The notes under the pieces are model-generated. The model did not search any database. It saw only the letters and a program-made list of their open reading frames with translations, and was not told where the DNA came from. DNA of 64,000 nucleotides from Carcharhinus amblyrhynchos (taxonomy: Eukaryota): contig OZ336880.1 in the NCBI GenBank assembly GCA_965287045.1, positions 40,858,001 to 40,922,000 on the forward strand, read 5' to 3'. Every line of letters starts with the position of its first letter. The first letter of the stretch is position 1. Shown here in pieces: positions 62,101 to 64,000 of the stretch. The position numbers were made by a program, and so were the translations under genes.

Positions 62101-62715
62101 GGAATTCTCCATTTCTTGGACAGGTTACCAGATGAAACATTATGTGAAGTGAAGGTGCTAAACACCTCCAGAAATAGTATTGCCCAACATCAACGCATAT
62201 TTTGATAACAAATTATAAAGTACCATTAATGTTATCCAGACTACTAAACCCTCCTGGATGAAAGAGGAGATGTGATGATGCGAAACAGCAATAGCAGTGG
62301 GTAACCTGAAAGGGGAGAATGGGTATGGACTGGGTAAAATAGACAGTTTGAAAAATCCTTGATTGTATGTTTGATGTTGGCAGGCTTTTCTTTTTAAATA
62401 CTCACCTGCAATTTATTGTTGTTTTAGAACTTTTAAAGCCTCCTGTCTGTGACATACCACTTAAACCAATGACAATAACCGAAGGAGAGTCATTGAAGCT
62501 TAGCTGCCATGTCCATGGGTCTGAACCAATTAAGATACAATGGTTTAAAGACAGAAAAGAAATTAAGCCATCTGAAAGATTGAACATGACCTACAAGGAT
62601 GGTACAGCTGCTCTGGAATGTAAAACATCTACTAAATCAGATAGTGGTGACTACCTCTGTAAAGCTACAAATGAAGCTGGAACTGTCTCTTGCAAAGCCA
62701 AGCTAACAGTCCAAG
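3..62715 (+). CDS. TTN: Titin (connectin), partial multi-exon gene: novex-3 end, N2B, and middle I-band tandem Ig region
   Basis: 63 coding exons of I-set Ig domains (PPxF...C...W.K...D.G.Y.C.A.N..G) in the order novex-3, N2B, I27, I28/29, Ig super-repeats. Internal exons are AG/GT bounded and phase 1-1. Confidence 0.97.
2520..2700. mobile_element. Degenerate short non-autonomous repeat (MITE-like), related to 27162-27370 and 30908-31065
   Basis: Internal inverted repeat ggatcttccagt...actggaagatcc and motifs shared with the other copies. Confidence 0.4.
2807..3090 (+). mobile_element. tRNA-derived SINE (HE1/V-SINE-like), tail type 1
   Basis: A box tggttagc, B box ggttcaattcc, core gggtttcctcc, tail gtgacactaataagtaaacttaaactt. 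Confidence 0.85.
6385..6535 (+). mobile_element. 5'-truncated SINE, tail type 1
   Basis: ggttaggtgcattgg...gcagtgttaatgtaagcctacttgtgacactaataaataaactt. Confidence 0.8.
7695..11561 (+). CDS. TTN: N2B exon (human exon 49 equivalent): Ig I24, I25, unique sequence, I26
   Basis: Acceptor ttcttatacag|7695, donor g|gttgga; 3867 nt = 1289 codons. Motifs IPAFVKSIS, PPHFFKELKS, EDFAARIQEGQSVRFPL, IPVIIKGL. Confidence 0.93.
12511..12789 (+). CDS. TTN: Ig I27 exon (human exon 50 equivalent)
   Basis: catag|...g|gtaagt, 279 nt; PPSFKRKIEPLEV...VRFQWF...DCGEYTCRASN. Confidence 0.93.
13289..13975 (-). mobile_element. Penelope-like element remnant: inverted pseudo-LTR pair with 36-nt tail
   Basis: Arms 13325-13645 and 13655-13975; unpaired tail 13289-13324; direct repeat actgagatgagca at 13276-13288 and 13972-13984; hammerhead motif in the arms. 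Confidence 0.8.
13884..13917 (+). ncRNA. Minimal type I hammerhead ribozyme motif (Penelope-associated)
   Basis: cac CTGACGA a gagg-gaaa-cctc GAAA gc tt gtg: catalytic core, helix II with GNRA loop, palindromic AGCT in place of helix III. Confidence 0.7.
14654..15217 (+). CDS. TTN: Two-Ig exon (human exon 51 equivalent)
   Basis: tgtag|...g|gtaagg, 564 nt; SLTTFVGK...DKPHF...HLECHVDED. Confidence 0.93.
16030..18310 (+). mobile_element. Degenerate CR1-clade LINE ORF2 fragment
   Basis: Decayed RT/EN motifs: MGDFN-like at 16387; GLVKGKSCLANLFEIF and YMNFQKTFDNVP at about 17830-17970; many stops and frameshifts. Confidence 0.8.
17349..17696 (-). mobile_element. HE1-like SINE, tail type 2 (CR1-like), inserted in the LINE
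   Basis: Reverse strand reads ggcagcac...gtggtcagcactgctgc...ctgtagggtttctatgatttctatg. Confidence 0.85.
18726..19007 (+). CDS. TTN: Ig exon A1 (6-Ig repeat 1)
   Basis: AG/GT, 282 nt, open Ig frame. Confidence 0.9.
19134..19412 (+). CDS. TTN: Ig exon B1
   Basis: AG/GT, 279 nt. Confidence 0.9.
19541..19819 (+). CDS. TTN: Ig exon C1
   Basis: AG/GT, 279 nt. Confidence 0.9.
19916..20194 (+). CDS. TTN: Ig exon D1
   Basis: AG/GT, 279 nt. Confidence 0.9.
20303..20590 (+). CDS. TTN: Ig exon E1
   Basis: AG/GT, 288 nt. Confidence 0.9.
21122..22790 (-). mobile_element. Degenerate CR1-clade LINE 3' fragment
   Basis: CR1 3' end (ggagtaggcgatt...gcttgctcc) and reverse-strand SQHGFVKG at about 22680-22705. 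Confidence 0.75.
21425..21699 (+). mobile_element. SINE, tail type 1, inserted in the LINE
   Basis: A/B boxes; apparent TSD tagttc at 21419-21424 and 21700-21705. Confidence 0.85.
23045..23323 (+). CDS. TTN: Ig exon F1
   Basis: AG/GT, 279 nt. Confidence 0.9.
23543..23824 (+). CDS. TTN: Ig exon A2 (6-Ig repeat 2)
   Basis: AG/GT, 282 nt. Confidence 0.9.
23957..24235 (+). CDS. TTN: Ig exon B2
   Basis: AG/GT, 279 nt. Confidence 0.9.
24369..24647 (+). CDS. TTN: Ig exon C2
   Basis: AG/GT, 279 nt. Confidence 0.9.
25900..26178 (+). CDS. TTN: Ig exon D2
   Basis: AG/GT, 279 nt. Confidence 0.9.
26288..26575 (+). CDS. TTN: Ig exon E2
   Basis: AG/GT, 288 nt. Confidence 0.9.
26816..27094 (+). CDS. 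TTN: Ig exon F2
   Basis: AG/GT, 279 nt. Confidence 0.9.
27162..27370. mobile_element. MITE-like element
   Basis: GC-rich island with imperfect terminal inverted repeats ggggga.../...tccccc in an AT-rich intron. Confidence 0.5.
27806..28205 (+). mobile_element. SINE, tail type 1, interrupted by a 99-bp insert
   Basis: tggcacagtggttagcactgctgcctcacag...ggttcgattc; tail gcctacttgtgacactaataaa. Confidence 0.85.
28539..28632 (+). mobile_element. Isolated SINE/LINE 3' tail, type 1
   Basis: gtaacttcattgcagtgttaatgtaagcctacttgtgacactaataaa followed by taaactt repeats. Confidence 0.75.
30908..31065. mobile_element. MITE-like element
   Basis: Ends ggatgggattttcc / gaaagctccagccc are imperfect inverted repeats. 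Confidence 0.4.
31632..31913 (+). CDS. TTN: Ig exon A3 (6-Ig repeat 3)
   Basis: AG/GT, 282 nt. Confidence 0.9.
32021..32299 (+). CDS. TTN: Ig exon B3
   Basis: AG/GT, 279 nt. Confidence 0.9.
32446..32724 (+). CDS. TTN: Ig exon C3
   Basis: AG/GT, 279 nt. Confidence 0.9.
32825..33103 (+). CDS. TTN: Ig exon D3
   Basis: AG/GT, 279 nt. Confidence 0.9.
34019..34306 (+). CDS. TTN: Ig exon E3
   Basis: AG/GT, 288 nt. Confidence 0.9.
34551..34829 (+). CDS. TTN: Ig exon F3
   Basis: AG/GT, 279 nt. Confidence 0.9.
35016..35297 (+). CDS. TTN: Ig exon A4 (6-Ig repeat 4)
   Basis: AG/GT, 282 nt. Confidence 0.9.
35380..35658 (+). CDS. TTN: Ig exon B4
   Basis: AG/GT, 279 nt. Confidence 0.9.
35835..36113 (+). 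CDS. TTN: Ig exon C4
   Basis: AG/GT, 279 nt. Confidence 0.9.
36255..36533 (+). CDS. TTN: Ig exon D4 (core Trp replaced by Tyr)
   Basis: AG/GT, 279 nt. Confidence 0.88.
36862..37149 (+). CDS. TTN: Ig exon E4
   Basis: AG/GT, 288 nt. Confidence 0.9.
37786..38064 (+). CDS. TTN: Ig exon F4
   Basis: AG/GT, 279 nt. Confidence 0.9.
38273..38381 (-). mobile_element. Miniature Penelope-like inverted-end insertion
   Basis: Same tail as 13289-13324; 31-bp arms 38310-38340 and 38351-38381; TSD aacaggatagg at 38262-38272 and 38382-38392. Confidence 0.8.
39167..39448 (+). CDS. TTN: Ig exon A5 (6-Ig repeat 5)
   Basis: AG/GT, 282 nt. Confidence 0.9.
39937..40112 (-). mobile_element. SINE 3' half, tail type 2
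   Basis: catagaatcctacagtgcagaaggaggcc...aatttagcatgg...ctaacctgcacatctttgga. Confidence 0.8.
40180..40517 (+). mobile_element. SINE, tail type 2
   Basis: tggcacagtgcttagcactgctg...ggttcaattc...ctgtaaggattctatga. Confidence 0.85.
40699..40977 (+). CDS. TTN: Ig exon B5
   Basis: AG/GT, 279 nt. Confidence 0.9.
41154..41432 (+). CDS. TTN: Ig exon C5
   Basis: AG/GT, 279 nt (ERPTFVQTIEN...). Confidence 0.88.
42036..42314 (+). CDS. TTN: Ig exon D5
   Basis: AG/GT, 279 nt. Confidence 0.9.
42448..42735 (+). CDS. TTN: Ig exon E5
   Basis: AG/GT, 288 nt. Confidence 0.9.
42988..43266 (+). CDS. TTN: Ig exon F5
   Basis: AG/GT, 279 nt. Confidence 0.9.
43860..44141 (+). CDS. TTN: Ig exon A6 (6-Ig repeat 6)
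   Basis: AG/GT, 282 nt. Confidence 0.9.
44262..44540 (+). CDS. TTN: Ig exon B6 (chimeric duplication junction)
   Basis: AG/GT, 279 nt. Confidence 0.9.
44733..45011 (+). CDS. TTN: Ig exon C6
   Basis: AG/GT, 279 nt. Confidence 0.9.
45146..45424 (+). CDS. TTN: Ig exon D6 (core Trp replaced by Cys)
   Basis: AG/GT, 279 nt. Confidence 0.87.
45768..46055 (+). CDS. TTN: Ig exon E6
   Basis: AG/GT, 288 nt. Confidence 0.9.
46201..46479 (+). CDS. TTN: Ig exon F6
   Basis: AG/GT, 279 nt. Confidence 0.9.
46744..47025 (+). CDS. TTN: Ig exon A7 (6-Ig repeat 7)
   Basis: AG/GT, 282 nt. Confidence 0.9.
48235..48513 (+). CDS. TTN: Ig exon B7
   Basis: AG/GT, 279 nt. Confidence 0.9.
48666..48944 (+). CDS. 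TTN: Ig exon C7
   Basis: AG/GT, 279 nt; paralogue of C5; missed by the ORF track because it has no early start codon. Confidence 0.88.
49494..49772 (+). CDS. TTN: Ig exon D7
   Basis: AG/GT, 279 nt. Confidence 0.9.
49909..50196 (+). CDS. TTN: Ig exon E7
   Basis: AG/GT, 288 nt. Confidence 0.9.
50467..50745 (+). CDS. TTN: Ig exon F7
   Basis: AG/GT, 279 nt. Confidence 0.9.
51194..51415 (+). mobile_element. 5'-truncated SINE, tail type 2
   Basis: ggtttcctcccac...ctgcaccgtagggattctatgattctata; absent from the paralogous intron near 43680. Confidence 0.8.
51606..51887 (+). CDS. TTN: Ig exon A8 (6-Ig repeat 8)
   Basis: AG/GT, 282 nt; hand-translated open frame EPPSFVKKLNTST...EVEVK, missed by the ORF track. 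Confidence 0.88.
52009..52287 (+). CDS. TTN: Ig exon B8
   Basis: AG/GT, 279 nt. Confidence 0.88.
52449..52727 (+). CDS. TTN: Ig exon C8
   Basis: AG/GT, 279 nt. Confidence 0.9.
52867..53145 (+). CDS. TTN: Ig exon D8
   Basis: AG/GT, 279 nt. Confidence 0.9.
53259..53546 (+). CDS. TTN: Ig exon E8
   Basis: AG/GT, 288 nt. Confidence 0.9.
53731..54009 (+). CDS. TTN: Ig exon F8
   Basis: AG/GT, 279 nt. Confidence 0.9.
54460..54741 (+). CDS. TTN: Ig exon A9 (10-Ig repeat, domain 1)
   Basis: AG/GT, 282 nt. Confidence 0.9.
54840..55118 (+). CDS. TTN: Ig exon B9 (10-Ig repeat, domain 2)
   Basis: AG/GT, 279 nt. Confidence 0.9.
55208..55486 (+). CDS. TTN: Ig exon C9 (10-Ig repeat, domain 3)
   Basis: AG/GT, 279 nt. 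Confidence 0.9.
55617..55895 (+). CDS. TTN: Ig exon D9 (10-Ig repeat, domain 4)
   Basis: AG/GT, 279 nt. Confidence 0.9.
56001..56288 (+). CDS. TTN: Ig exon E9 (10-Ig repeat, domain 5)
   Basis: AG/GT, 288 nt. Confidence 0.9.
57236..57780. mobile_element. MITE-like element
   Basis: Terminal inverted repeats gggcgattctccc / gggagaatcccggcc around a GC-rich body. Confidence 0.5.
58575..58853 (+). CDS. TTN: Ig exon F9 (10-Ig repeat, domain 6)
   Basis: AG/GT, 279 nt. Confidence 0.9.
58958..59236 (+). CDS. TTN: Ig exon G (10-Ig repeat, domain 7)
   Basis: AG/GT, 279 nt; EPAVFQKKL...LDCTYTGTPEI. Confidence 0.9.
59363..59641 (+). CDS. TTN: Ig exon H (10-Ig repeat, domain 8)
   Basis: AG/GT, 279 nt; WYKGDTKLR. 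Confidence 0.9.
59811..60098 (+). CDS. TTN: Ig exon I (10-Ig repeat, domain 9)
   Basis: AG/GT, 288 nt; ERKVAPSFTRK. Confidence 0.9.
60261..60548 (+). CDS. TTN: Ig exon J (10-Ig repeat, domain 10)
   Basis: AG/GT, 288 nt; ENTPHLTILKADKGDS. Confidence 0.9.
60820..61428. mobile_element. MITE-like element
   Basis: Ends ggggaattttctccat / atgggagaatgttgctct, flanked by ta. Confidence 0.45.
61602..61892 (+). CDS. TTN: Ig exon K (human exon 100-like)
   Basis: AG/GT, 291 nt; TEGKSIKLEGRVSGSQPI. Confidence 0.9.
62428..62715 (+). CDS. TTN: Ig exon L (human exon 101-like, last Ig before N2A)
   Basis: AG/GT, 288 nt; LSCHVHGSEPIKIQW. Confidence 0.9.
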
Positions 62716-64000
62716 GTATGAGGTTGATATGAAATAAATTGGCATTGTGATGTGCATACCATAAGGAGGCTACAGCTCTTACTAATCATGTGTTGTTAAG
62801 TTTATCGAACCCCTTTAGCCTTACTGCATTAAGAGAAAAATCAGTGGCGCATTGAGATCCATTACTTGAAGCATTGAAACATTGACGTGATCCACACAGC
62901 CATATAGGTGACACTGGATCATTGGACCATTAACCAGTTGTTAAGTTTACCATTAGCAATGTCAAAACCAGGCTTTTTCATTGGCCAAATATGCCTCATG
63001 CTGCCAGTAGTAATCTTTGATTAGGCAATAAAGGTGTTCTCGCAGATCTTGCAAGCCACTTGGATCAGGATCCTCTTGCTAAGCTAGACGGAACATTTTT
63101 AAAAGGAAGAAAACGTTACTTCATACTTTTGAATTCTTAAATCACGTATTTTTTTCTTGCAGTTAAATAGCAAATGCTGTTACATGCTGGTTAACTACAT
63201 TTCATATCTCACAGACTAAATATATACATATAATAATAATATATAAAACTCTAGCTCTGTTTGATACAATACCCTATTATCACTGCTGCCTTTTAAATGC
63301 TACCAAAAAAATCTTCATTTGAAGTTTAATTCCTGATGTCTTTAACCACAATATTAAATTAGTTCATGTAGTTTTAATTATATAAATATGGTACAAGACT
63401 TAAATTGTTCTTAAACAGACAATTAATATGTTATTTATTGAGGTGTAATTTCAACATGCAGTATGTGCACAAGGACTTTCATAATTTTTCATGGTATCAA
63501 AACGATATCTTAGTCTGTAATCATTTTGTTTCATCTTATTACATAATTTGTACAGGTAATTGGACTTCATGTCTTGCATGAACACATTTCAAAATACTAT
63601 AAATAACAATCATAGAAATTGGGATCGGGCCATACTTGATTAATAAATATGGAGGCAGCTCTAGCCAGTTTTTTGTTCTTCCACTTAATGTAAGGGTAAT
63701 AAATGGGGACCTAACACTAACACTAACAAATGGACTCCCAAATCTGAATTCCTATGTTCCCACATGCATAATGCAAAAGTTACCATGCACAAAAATAGAC
63801 ACATTCTACCTATTTTGCAGTGGTGGATGTATTAAAGAAGTGTTTTCAAAGTTGCTAAATAAATATCTTAGCAGTACTTGCACTGAATTACTAACGTTTG
63901 TAATGCATTTCATTCATAATGTCCTGAAGAGTTTATTCAAAAATCTCTCATTGGTGAGATATATGGGTCAATCATATCAGTTCTCAAAAAAGAGAGGAAA

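Noticed and set aside
1011-62587. Many minus-strand ORFs overlapping titin exons (e.g. 1016-1381, 9916-10296, 36196-36507, 45087-45398)
   Set aside because: Antisense shadows of the coding frame; they end near exon borders and show no independent domain signal
12790-62732. Hydrophobic N- and C-terminal extensions of the plus-strand Ig ORFs
   Set aside because: Read-through into T-rich introns; AG/GT sites give exact 279/282/288/291-nt exons, so these are not separate genes or membrane anchors
1-64000. CRISPR arrays, rRNA or prokaryotic systems
   Set aside because: Eukaryotic intron-exon locus; no repeat-spacer array or operon structure seen

Overview
A 64-kb internal segment of a vertebrate titin (TTN/connectin) gene on the + strand. 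HE1/V-SINE-type SINEs and CR1 LINEs suggest a cartilaginous fish (shark); this is an inference. In order, it holds the 3' end of the novex-3 terminal exon (open from window start, stop 2136-2138), an enlarged N2B exon (7695-11561, 1289 codons), and the orthologues of human exons 50 (I27) and 51 (two Ig). Then come 60 single-Ig, phase-1 symmetric exons of the middle I-band (18726-62715), ending just before the N2A region. The Ig exons form eight 6-Ig super-repeats, one 10-Ig super-repeat and two terminal Ig. Two of the 6-mers come from a 12-exon tandem duplication whose crossover lies inside a chimeric exon. Other notable signals: (1) a ~74-aa tandem periodicity hidden in the N2B 'unique' sequence; (2) a 321-bp near-perfect Penelope-type palindrome in the intron after exon 50, with an intact minimal hammerhead-ribozyme core on the titin sense strand; (3) gene-conversion tracts; (4) duplicated Ig domains that lost the core Trp. 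Exon boundaries were read by hand from AG/GT sites and frame. Human exon numbers and family names are recalled from memory; no database search was run.
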